This document shows positions 1 to 7,642 of a stretch of DNA of 31,817 nucleotides, in pieces (within the stretch, counting starts at the first letter, position 1; each line of letters begins with the position of its first letter). The stretch is from Gemmatimonadaceae bacterium (lineage in GTDB: Bacteria; Gemmatimonadota; Gemmatimonadetes; Gemmatimonadales; Gemmatimonadaceae): positions 1 through 31,817 of the forward strand of contig DATCXG010000577.1 in NCBI GenBank assembly GCA_036565945.1, in the 5' to 3' direction. The translations under genes were made by a program, and so were the position numbers. The notes under the pieces are model-generated. The model made no database searches and was not told where the DNA came from. It saw nothing but the letters and a program-made list of their open reading frames with translations.

Positions 1-293
1 CTCGCGGCCGCCGTCTCGCTACTGACCGAACCGGTCGCTACCCCGGCCGAGTCGGCCGCCTGGGAGGGGACGGCGCTCGATGGAGCGGTATCGACGACAG
101 AAGGAGTAGAAGCAGCCGGTACGGCCGCGGTGTCAGCTGCGTCGCTGGTATTTTCAGCGTTATTTGGCGAGCAAGCCAGTGCGGTCAAGCTCAGGACGCA
201 CGCGCAGAAGAAACCGATTCCAGCGAGACGGCTGGTGTCCGACGAGTGATTTGCCGGTGGGAAATTCTTCGACAAGCTCATGTTCCAGCTCAT
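1..293 (-). CDS. Lipoprotein, only the N-terminal part is in the window (runs off the left edge); probable membrane-anchored cytochrome c (XoxG-like)
   Basis: Not in the ORF track; translated by hand from ATG at 293 (alternative ATG at 281): MSWNMSLSKNFPPANHSSDTSRLAGIGFFCACVLSLTALAC|SPNNAENTSDAADTAAVPAASTPSVVDTAPSSAVPSQAADSAGVATGSVSSETAAA..., open to base 1. It has a hydrophobic stretch, a lipobox-like ALA-C and an Ala/Ser/Thr/Pro linker. The XoxG identity is inferred only from its position after xoxF-xoxJ; no CxxCH is visible. Confidence 0.55.
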   Translation of the reverse strand, partial: MSWNMSLSKNFPPANHSSDTSRLAGIGFFCACVLSLTALACSPNNAENTSDAADTAAVPAASTPSVVDTAPSSAVPSQAADSAGVATGSVSSETAAA

Positions 294-388
294 GTTCCGA
301 AGTTAGTCGGCTTCGGGTTCTCATGATTTCGGCCGACCGAGAGGTGAATGATGCGAGATTGTTGCAGTCGCATCGCGGATCCGGACCG

Positions 389-1270
389 TCAGTGCGGCGC
401 CATCACGGTGGGGATATTGTACTCGCGCAAGATCTTCTGGATCTCGCCGCGGTTCTTTTCGAGAGCTGCTTCCAACAGGTCCCTGAGCTCCCGATCGGCA
501 TGACGCACGCCGATTGCAAAGTCGTACGAAAATGGCAGCCCCGTGCTGTCGGAATCCGGCAGCGCCACCAGCTTCAGGGGCACTGGTGAGCTCTTCGCGT
601 AGTACCCAGCGAGCGGTCCCCAGACGAGGGCGACGTCCACATCTCCCTTGATGACGGCGTCAATGATCTCGCGCGGCTGGTGGTCCTGACCGTAGAACGT
701 GCTGTACCACTTCAGATTCTTGGACACGCCGCGCGCGGCCAGCGCCTCCGCGGGTGGAGTGTTGGTATAGTCGTTCCCTATGAGGTTGAGACCGATAGTC
801 AGCCCCTTGAGGGCTGGATCGTCGAGACTGGAGATGTCGATGCCGCGATCGGCACGCGACACGACGTAGTAAGTGGAGCGGTAATACGGTTTCGTGGTGA
901 GTACCATATCCAACTGCGCGGGGATGCCGACGATCACATCACATTCGGCCGACCGCAGGGTGTTGCTCACGAAGCCGCGCCGGTGGGGCCACCAGAGGTA
1001 TGATACCGAGTCTCCCAGCTCCCTGGCGAGAAGCTCGGCGATCTTGTTCTCGAAGCCTTCCTGCTTCCAGTTCGAGAAGGGGAGGTTGTCGGGATCCCCG
1101 CAGACGCGGAGAACCTTCATGGTCTTCCAGGCCTGCGTGACAGGCAAGGTCCCCGGGCGAATGCCAATCTGTGGTCTCTCGGGTTCCTGCTGAGCCAGGC
1201 CGGGGTACGCCGCGAGCGGCAGCGCGAACAGCGTCGCGAGAGCCACGCGGAGTAACGACGGATACGACAT
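389..1270 (-). CDS. xoxJ: XoxJ/MoxJ-family periplasmic substrate-binding protein of quinoprotein alcohol dehydrogenase systems
   Basis: Signal peptide ending LAQQ; family motifs LRVCGDPDNLPFSN and EGFENKIAELLARELG; later DVALVWGPLAGYYA; GAGGG RBS upstream; directly downstream of xoxF. Confidence 0.9.
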   Translation of the reverse strand: MSYPSLLRVALATLFALPLAAYPGLAQQEPERPQIGIRPGTLPVTQAWKTMKVLRVCGDPDNLPFSNWKQEGFENKIAELLARELGDSVSYLWWPHRRGFVSNTLRSAECDVIVGIPAQLDMVLTTKPYYRSTYYVVSRADRGIDISSLDDPALKGLTIGLNLIGNDYTNTPPAEALAARGVSKNLKWYSTFYGQDHQPREIIDAVIKGDVDVALVWGPLAGYYAKSSPVPLKLVALPDSDSTGLPFSYDFAIGVRHADRELRDLLEAALEKNRGEIQKILREYNIPTVMAPH

Positions 1271-1306
1271 CTACGCCCTCACGGCGATTTCTGCGGGTTG
1301 GAACAA

Positions 1307-1352
1307 AGCCGCGTCCGGAGCCAGAGCGGATGCTCCGCCTCCGGACGCGGCT
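1307..1352. repeat. Perfect 14-bp inverted repeat (hairpin) in the xoxF-xoxJ spacer
   Basis: AGCCGCGTCCGGAG (1307-1320) and CTCCGGACGCGGCT (1339-1352); no U-tract on either side. Confidence 0.85.
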
Positions 1353-1389
1353 GAACACAATCTACTACACTTTCCGAGTATATACGTGC

Positions 1390-1448
1390 CCAAGATACCG
1401 GTCGCTGTGGCACGCAACGCGCCGACACTTCAGCGACCGGTATCCTGG
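1390..1448 (-). repeat. 18-bp inverted repeat (hairpin) just 3' of the xoxF stop
   Basis: CCAAGATACCGGTCGCTG (1390-1407) and CAGCGACCGGTATCCTGG (1431-1448); the single DNA mismatch is a G-U pair in the - strand RNA. Confidence 0.85.
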
Positions 1449-1458
1449 TTGGTACGGC

Positions 1459-3255
1459 TTACTTCTTGTCGAGCGCGAATACCGTGAGCACGCCACCCTG
1501 GTTGCTGTAGGAGCCAACGTCGCCGAAGGCGCCGAGGGCACCGAGGCCGGCGGTCGGGTCTTCAGCCCCGATCCCAGCGGCCACGCCGATTCCGGCCCAG
1601 CCACCAATACCAGAGAGGACGGCGACGTACTGCCGGCCATCGGGGCCGGTGTAGGTCATCGGGCTACCGATGATTCCCGACGGGGTCTTGAACTTCCACA
1701 GCTCCTTACCCGTCTTGCCGTCGACAGCCTTGAGCCAGCCTTCCATCGTGCCGTAGAACACGACGCCGCCGGAAGTGTTCAGCGTGCCGCCGTAGGCCGC
1801 CAGGTTCTCCTTCGCCGTCCACACGATCTTCCCCTTCATGGGATCCCATGCGATGACCGCACCGCGGTTCCCACCGGGGCCGGGGTACATGCGCACGATG
1901 GCGCCAACGTACGGCTGGCCAGCGGCGTACTTCACCTCGACGCCCTCGTAGTCCATGCAGATGTTGTTCGTGGGGACGTAGAACAGCCCGGTCTCCGGGG
2001 AGTACGATGCCGGCTGCTGATCCTTGAAGCCGATAGCGGCGGGGCAGATCCCCTCGGTGTTACGCGCGGCCGTGGTACGCTTGGCCGGGTTCTCGATCGG
2101 GCGACCGCTGGTCAGGTCGATCTTGGTAGCCCAGTTCACGGGGCCGTAAGGCTCGGCGACAATCACCTTGCCCGTCGTGCGGTCGAGCGTGTAGCCGAAG
2201 CCGTTACGGTCGAAGTGAGCGAGGAGCTTCTGGCCGTTACGGTCGAAGAGGATGTTCTCGTTGACGCCATCGTAGTCCCACGCATCGTGGGGCGTCATCT
2301 GATAGACCCACTTCACTTCACCCGTCTGCGGGTTACGCGCGAAGAGCGACATCGACCACTTGTTGTCGCCGGGGCGCTGATCGGGGTTCCAGACACCCGG
2401 GTTGCCGGTGCCGTAGTAGAACAGGTTCAGCGCGGGATCGTAGGAGTACCAACCCCAGGTCGTGCCGCCGCCGCGCTTCCACTCATCGCCTTGCCATGAG
2501 GAGACGCCGAGGTCCTTGCCCTGTGCCGAAGGGTACGGCGACTTGAGCGTGTTGCCGGTGATCATCACATCGGCGTCGGGCCCGGTGCTCCAGCCGCGCC
2601 AGATCTGCTTGCCATCGTTGGCGCTGTAGGCCGTCACGTGGCCACGCACGCCGAACTCACCACCAGAGACGCCGACGATCACCACGTCACCCACTACCAG
2701 TGGGGCGTTCGTCATCGTCTCGCCCTTCTTGTAGTCGGCGTTCTTCACCCGATACACCTGCTTGCCGGTCTTCGCGTCGAGCGCAAGGAGATCGCCTTCC
2801 AGCAGCTGGATGTAGAGGCGGTTGTGCTTCGGGCTGTACGCCAGGCCGCGGTTCACGATATCGCAGCAGGCGATGGGGATCGCGTCGGCTGGCTGCTCCG
2901 GCGTGAACTGCCAGATCTGCGGCGCGCCGTCCTTGGTGAGGTCGAGAGCGTAGACCTTGTTCGGGAACGCGGTCTGTACGTACATCACGTTGCCGATGAC
3001 CAGCGGGCTCCCTTCGTGTCCACGCAGAACACCGGTGGAGAACGTCCACTGTACATGCAGGTCCTTCACGTTGGCCGTGGTGATCTGCTTGAGTGGGCTG
3101 TGGCGCTGCAGGTCCCAGGTTCTCCCAGCCATGACCCACTGGTTGGGATTCTTGGTCATCTCCGTAAGCTCCTGCTGCGCCACCACCGGTGGCGCGAAGG
3201 CAGCGAGCGATCCGGCGACCATTGCCCAGGACGAGAGGCGGGTGATGCGATTCAT
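1459..3255 (-). CDS. xoxF: Lanthanide-dependent PQQ methanol dehydrogenase XoxF (598 aa)
   Basis: Start trimmed to MNRITRL (ATG at 3255, AAGGGG RBS). Sec signal peptide; WTFSTGVLRGHEGSPL; vicinal cysteines ACCDIVNRG; GGEFGVRG (metal-binding Glu); GTGNPG (metal-binding Asn); WDYDGVNE with the catalytic Asp plus the second, lanthanide-coordinating Asp (Ca-type MxaF has D-x-A). Confidence 0.95.
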   Translation of the reverse strand: MNRITRLSSWAMVAGSLAAFAPPVVAQQELTEMTKNPNQWVMAGRTWDLQRHSPLKQITTANVKDLHVQWTFSTGVLRGHEGSPLVIGNVMYVQTAFPNKVYALDLTKDGAPQIWQFTPEQPADAIPIACCDIVNRGLAYSPKHNRLYIQLLEGDLLALDAKTGKQVYRVKNADYKKGETMTNAPLVVGDVVIVGVSGGEFGVRGHVTAYSANDGKQIWRGWSTGPDADVMITGNTLKSPYPSAQGKDLGVSSWQGDEWKRGGGTTWGWYSYDPALNLFYYGTGNPGVWNPDQRPGDNKWSMSLFARNPQTGEVKWVYQMTPHDAWDYDGVNENILFDRNGQKLLAHFDRNGFGYTLDRTTGKVIVAEPYGPVNWATKIDLTSGRPIENPAKRTTAARNTEGICPAAIGFKDQQPASYSPETGLFYVPTNNICMDYEGVEVKYAAGQPYVGAIVRMYPGPGGNRGAVIAWDPMKGKIVWTAKENLAAYGGTLNTSGGVVFYGTMEGWLKAVDGKTGKELWKFKTPSGIIGSPMTYTGPDGRQYVAVLSGIGGWAGIGVAAGIGAEDPTAGLGALGAFGDVGSYSNQGGVLTVFALDKK

Positions 3256-3675
3256 AGAGTTCGGCCCCTTGGATGGAGAGTGAGGATAGAGCAGAACCGC
3301 GCATGATCCGCACGCTGTGCCACAGGCCTCGCGGTCGAGGGTCGTCCTGTGGCTAGTCCGGCTGCTAGTGCAGCTGGACAGCATGCCTAGCAAAAGGGAG
3401 GACTTCGTGCGCTACAGTCCATACAGCCCATCGCAACCTCACGGTCCCGGGGCAACGCCATGAATCGAGTACAGTCTTCTACAAGAAAGTGCTCTATCAC
3501 AATGAACTACCGCGATATGCGGTGCGCCGCCTAGCGAGCGATCCCTCGCCCGAATGGACAAGTTGCATCCTTATCCTGCACCACTGACGCAGGATAGGCA
3601 AGCCCTCGCGCAGAATCTCTCCCGACCACCCTGAGGAGCAGTGGCCGGGGGAGAATACTGGCACATCGGCTGCGA

Positions 3676-3700
3676 TCGGCACTGGTAGCGGCAGTGCCGA
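3676..3700 (-). terminator. 9-bp stem hairpin immediately 3' of the porin stop (terminator or RNA-stabilising stem)
   Basis: TCGGCACTG-GTAGCGG-CAGTGCCGA, 3 nt from the stop codon; no U-tract, so it is not a canonical intrinsic terminator. Confidence 0.5.
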
Positions 3701-3703
3701 GAA

Positions 3704-4960
3704 TCAGAAGAACAGCATGAAGCCCGTAGCTACCTGGTTGGACTTCACCTTGTTGTCGGAGAACGACTCGGAAGTGGCCCAGGTGTACTCACCCACCCAC
3801 TTGAGAGCCTTCGTCCACTGGTAGGCCACCAGCCCGTCGATCGAGCGGTTGCTCTTCACGAGGTCGTTGTCGACGTCGGCAGGATCGTTGTCGGTCGTCT
3901 TGAGCCTGCTGTCGCCGTAGCTCGCGCCGATCATCCACTTGGTGCCGGGCGCCTGGAAAGTGGCCTGGCCTATGTAGCCGTATGACTTGCGCTTGTCGCC
4001 CGCGTTGTCGAGCGCACCGGTGCCCTGTCCGAACATGAAGGTGGTACCGACGCCATCGGCGTAGTAACCCGAGCCCATGAGGGAGAACCCGGAGACGTCG
4101 AGCTTGAGGCCGCCGGCCCCACCGGTGGAGGTGATGCTGGGGTTGTCGCCCGCTACGTCCAGGGGCGAGGCATCGGTCTTCTGAACCATCCCGCTCGCCC
4201 AGAAGAGCACCTTGTTGGCGCTGGCCGCCTCGTCGCTAGCTTCGCCAAAATTCCCAGTCCAGGTGAACTCCGCCTCGACACGGGGAATCTTGGTACCGGA
4301 GTAAGCCGCAGTACCCGCAGTACCGCAGCCATCCTGCGGGCAGACGACGCTCGGGTCGAAGACTCCGATCGAGATCTGCGCCGGCCGGCCGGCGGGGCTG
4401 CTGTAGGTGATCTGCCCGTTGAAGTTCGGGTAGATGTAGCCGAGCCCGATACGGCCCAGCGTGGTGCCTCCAGCTCCCACGACGCCGCCACTCGCGCCGG
4501 TGCCGGAGAGGGTCATGTCGGTGAGGATGTTCTGCCGCTGATAGAGCCCGATCGCACGGCCGGCGAGGATCTGTCCCCAGGAGCCGCCAGCAGTGAGGTA
4601 GACCTCACGCATGTCGATCTGGGCGCCGAAGTTGTCGTGCAGGCTGTTGCTCTGGATCTGTGGGGCAAAACTGAAGTGCACGCCCAGATCCACCCCACCC
4701 TCTTTCCCCGAGGCGGAGAAGGTTGCGTATGCGGGGAGGAGGCCGGTACGCACGCGGCTTGCCTTCTCTGCTGTGATGAGGCCACCGGTGATGGGTCCGG
4801 CCTGGTCCACCGAACCATCGTTGTAGACGGCAAATGCGTTCACGTTTCCGGAGAACGAGAACATCCAGCCGCTGCTGGTTTGCATCGTGAGTCCCTGCGC
4901 CCCAAGGCCACTAGCTGTGGCGAACGACAGGGCAACACACCAAAGCGCGGATCGTTTCAT
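3704..4960 (-). CDS. Outer-membrane beta-barrel porin (418 aa)
   Basis: Start trimmed to MKRSALWCVALS (ATG at 4960, GGAGAG RBS). Signal peptide, alternating amphipathic strands rich in G/S/T/aromatic residues, C-terminal GFMLFF ending in Phe (BAM-type signal); no TonB box or plug domain recognised. Confidence 0.8.
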   Translation of the reverse strand: MKRSALWCVALSFATASGLGAQGLTMQTSSGWMFSFSGNVNAFAVYNDGSVDQAGPITGGLITAEKASRVRTGLLPAYATFSASGKEGGVDLGVHFSFAPQIQSNSLHDNFGAQIDMREVYLTAGGSWGQILAGRAIGLYQRQNILTDMTLSGTGASGGVVGAGGTTLGRIGLGYIYPNFNGQITYSSPAGRPAQISIGVFDPSVVCPQDGCGTAGTAAYSGTKIPRVEAEFTWTGNFGEASDEAASANKVLFWASGMVQKTDASPLDVAGDNPSITSTGGAGGLKLDVSGFSLMGSGYYADGVGTTFMFGQGTGALDNAGDKRKSYGYIGQATFQAPGTKWMIGASYGDSRLKTTDNDPADVDNDLVKSNRSIDGLVAYQWTKALKWVGEYTWATSESFSDNKVKSNQVATGFMLFF

Positions 4961-5324
4961 ACCTGCTCTCCCAGACCAAGAGAATACCTGAAAGGGAACC
5001 ACTGGAGTCCGAGAAATCGTAGCACGCGAGCGAACGGATACTCTTGAGTAGCGCCGCGAGGAACGTCGCAAGCTACGTATGCGTGATGGTCACCTCCGGA
5101 AATGGCCTATGCGGCGCACGAGCAGCACCCGTCACCGGGCACCAAGAAGAGACAACGACGGCAGCAAGATATGAGCAACAGTATCGAACAACCACCAGAA
5201 AACATATAGCACTCCAATGTGTAGCGGACACAACGCTTCGCGCAAGCAGGCATCGAGACCGGCACGGGAAGCCGGCGAGAGGGCCAATATATATTTAGTA
5301 TCAATATGTTGCTAATCGCGCGCG

Positions 5325-5936
5325 CTACCTGGATCCCGGTTCGAAGAGGAGGACCAGCGGGACCTTCACCGATTCGGCCAGGACGTACTTCCACTGGTAC
5401 ATCGGGCTCCGCGAGATGGGGCTAGTACGCGTGGGAGATGTGAGTGGTGTCATGCCCAGGCGCCGCGCGAGGATCGAGAGCCGCAGCATGTGGAACGGGT
5501 CGCTCACCAGAAGCACGGACCGCCCGGGAAGCGCGTCGAGCATCGCCCGCACGGCGTGCAACGATTGACTCGTCGTGAGGCCACGCGCTTCCATTATGAT
5601 CGCGCTGTCGGGAAGCCCGTTCCGACGCAGGTAGTTGCGACCCACCATCGCTTCGCTGGTCGTGTCGCCCACGCCAATTCCGCCGGTTACTATGACGACC
5701 GGCGCCAGGTCGCGACGCCAGAGATCGAGAGCGTGATCGAGCCGCGCGCGCAGCACCGGGGACGGGCGCCCCTCGTACTGCGCCGCCCCGAGAACCACTA
5801 TGGCGTCCGCCGGCTGCGCCTCATCGCGCCACCCCACGAACAGCACGGCTAGCACCATGCCTATCCAGGCAAGAAGGACGAGCACCGCGAGCCCGAGCGC
5901 GAGGCGCGGCGCCCCGGTGTGCTTCGGGCGCTCCAT
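5325..5936 (-). CDS. YdcF/DUF218 (ElyC/SanA-like) family membrane-anchored protein
   Basis: N-terminal TM helix; ADAIVVLGA, RARLDHALDLW, IVTGG, SEA, LLVSDPFHMLR and final E motifs typical of the family. Confidence 0.85.
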   Translation of the reverse strand: MERPKHTGAPRLALGLAVLVLLAWIGMVLAVLFVGWRDEAQPADAIVVLGAAQYEGRPSPVLRARLDHALDLWRRDLAPVVIVTGGIGVGDTTSEAMVGRNYLRRNGLPDSAIIMEARGLTTSQSLHAVRAMLDALPGRSVLLVSDPFHMLRLSILARRLGMTPLTSPTRTSPISRSPMYQWKYVLAESVKVPLVLLFEPGSR

Positions 5937-5982
5937 GGCGGTGAAGTCGGCGGTGGTGATGGCGAGGTATGGAGAGGTGCAG

Positions 5983-6573
5983 CTACTCGGTGAGGTTCAG
6001 GAGAGAGAGCCAGAATACGTCGAATGATGCGCGCGCGTTGAATTCCACGTCGATCCCGGTCGCCACGGCCAGACCATCGATGAAGGGGATCACCACATCG
6101 GCCAGAAGCCCGGCCGGCACACGTGGGCGCATGGAGAGCAGCACGAAGAGTTGCTCGATGGAAGCGGCGGCCGCATCGCGACGTTCCAGGGTCGAGACCT
6201 GGATGGCACGCCGCACGAGAGGCCCACGCCACTGCGCCAGTTCGAGCAGCACGCGTACGTGGCCACGTTCCAGCTCCGCCGATAGCCAGGCCCAGAGGTC
6301 GTCGATCGCGTGGCGCGGCGTCGACTCGCCGAGCGCCGCGCGCTCACGTGCCACGAGGTTCCGCGTCATCCACTCGACCACGCGCGCGAGCAGGGTCTCC
6401 TTGTCGTGGAAGTGGTAGTGGATCAGCCCCTTGCTCACACCGGCCTCTTCCGCAACCTCGTGCATCGTGAGAGCGGTCGCGCCCGATGAGACGATGCAGC
6501 GCACCGCCGCACGGAGAATGCGTTCGGCGGCCTCCACGCGCGGCCGCCGCTCCGATGTGGCCGCGGCGGTCAT
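5983..6573 (-). CDS. TetR/AcrR-family transcriptional regulator
   Basis: N-terminal HTH: RILRAAVRCIVSSGATALTMHEVAEEAGVSKGLIHYHFHDKETLL. Confidence 0.92.
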   Translation of the reverse strand: MTAAATSERRPRVEAAERILRAAVRCIVSSGATALTMHEVAEEAGVSKGLIHYHFHDKETLLARVVEWMTRNLVARERAALGESTPRHAIDDLWAWLSAELERGHVRVLLELAQWRGPLVRRAIQVSTLERRDAAAASIEQLFVLLSMRPRVPAGLLADVVIPFIDGLAVATGIDVEFNARASFDVFWLSLLNLTE

Positions 6574-6727
6574 GGTCTGTTCTGGGAAAACTTCACACGC
6601 ATATGCGGCGTGGGGAAGGTCACCTGGTACCCCCTGGCCGCAAGCGCGGCCGCCTTCGATGATCGAAGGAGCTGGACATTGGAGAGGGCCCTGGTGACGA
6701 ACTCAATTTCCACTTACCAGGGCTGAC

Positions 6728-6919
6728 TCAGGATGGAGCATTGGCGAGTTCGCCGGTGGGCATGCGCTGGAACACGACCGTCAGCCGCTGCGAGTCCTGC
6801 GACATGAGCGCAGGTTCCCATCCAGCGCGGCTTCTCTCGTTCAGTAAATCGGTGAGCGCGTCCTCGTCATCCTGACTGCGGCGGGTGAGCCTCAGCAGGA
6901 CTGCCTGATATTCTTTCAT
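6728..6919 (-). CDS. Small DUF4177-like protein (63 aa)
   Basis: Pattern MKEYQAV...LTDLLNERSRAGWE...LTVVFQR resembles DUF4177 (EY..., LN..G..GWE, ..F.R); GGGAG upstream. Confidence 0.65.
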   Translation of the reverse strand: MKEYQAVLLRLTRRSQDDEDALTDLLNERSRAGWEPALMSQDSQRLTVVFQRMPTGELANAPS

Positions 6920-6988
6920 GTGGGCGAAGATACTCCCGTCGTCCCCATGCCCACCACCCCCGCGCCCGCTTGCGCGCGGCCGCCGCGT

Positions 6989-7642
6989 CTACCCGAACCA
7001 CTCGCGCGGGCAGTCGCGTTGCTGACGCGCGGCCTCGAGCACCCACTTCTGGCCCTGGCAGTCGGTGACCTCTTCCTCCACCCGGTTGAACCATCCGGCG
7101 GCACGCGTCACCTCGCCCACTCGCCGCCAGAGCTCGCCTACTAGATAGGTGAGCACCGGACGTTCCTCACGCTCCACACCATCAAAGGAGGCCAGCGCTC
7201 GCTCGAATGTCCAGGCGGCTTCGCGGCGGAAATAGCGCTCGGCCTCTATGTCTCCCTCGTCCACACAGCACCAGGCCGCTCGGAGCAGGAGATCGGCGAC
7301 GCGTCGCGGCTCCGCGCCCTGCCAGGTGGCCACCTTCGCCGCGAACTCGTACTTCTCCGAGCCTGGTATCACACCATCGGCCAGCTTGGGGGCCAGCTCG
7401 TCCCAGATGTGCTCCTTGAGCATCGGGCTGACGTCGGCCTCCTCGCCAAAATCGTGTTCGCTGCCCGCGTATCCGCAACGGGAGCAGACGTGGATGAAGT
7501 AGGGTAGGGGCTGGGCGCCGGCCGCACGTTCGTGGAAGTCGGTACGCTTTCCGCCGAACGAATTCGTGGAGAGCACCGCCTGCGATGTGAAGCGGTTACA
7601 GCATATGGGGCAGCTCAGTTCTATCTGCTTCAGGGTTGTCAT
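6989..7642 (-). CDS. DUF2225-family protein (Zn-ribbon plus TPR-like helices, 217 aa)
   Basis: Start trimmed to MTTLKQIEL (AGGAGG/GAGGA RBS). CPIC...RTDFH...P.PY.I.VCSRCGY, then LRAAW and YLVGELWRRVG...WF helical repeat. Confidence 0.8.
   Translation of the reverse strand: MTTLKQIELSCPICCNRFTSQAVLSTNSFGGKRTDFHERAAGAQPLPYFIHVCSRCGYAGSEHDFGEEADVSPMLKEHIWDELAPKLADGVIPGSEKYEFAAKVATWQGAEPRRVADLLLRAAWCCVDEGDIEAERYFRREAAWTFERALASFDGVEREERPVLTYLVGELWRRVGEVTRAAGWFNRVEEEVTDCQGQKWVLEAARQQRDCPREWFG

Noticed and set aside
1171-3313. Long antisense or alternate-frame ORFs over xoxF (1171..2499 +, 2638..3306 +, 2687..3313 -)
   Set aside because: Shadow ORFs caused by GC-rich, strongly biased codon usage; no motifs, and they fully overlap a confident gene.
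3256-3703. Possible pqqA precursor, riboswitch or sigma54 promoter upstream of xoxF
   Set aside because: No small ORF with E-x-x-x-Y; no recognisable riboswitch; TGGCACAGCGTGC has the wrong -24/-12 spacing. The short repeats (TACAGTC x2; TATCCTGC/GCAGGATA at 3572-3596) are too short to call.
6916-7104. 62-aa ORF with an ATGA overlap onto the DUF4177-like gene
   Set aside because: Mostly an alternate frame of the DUF2225 gene, low-complexity product and no RBS.
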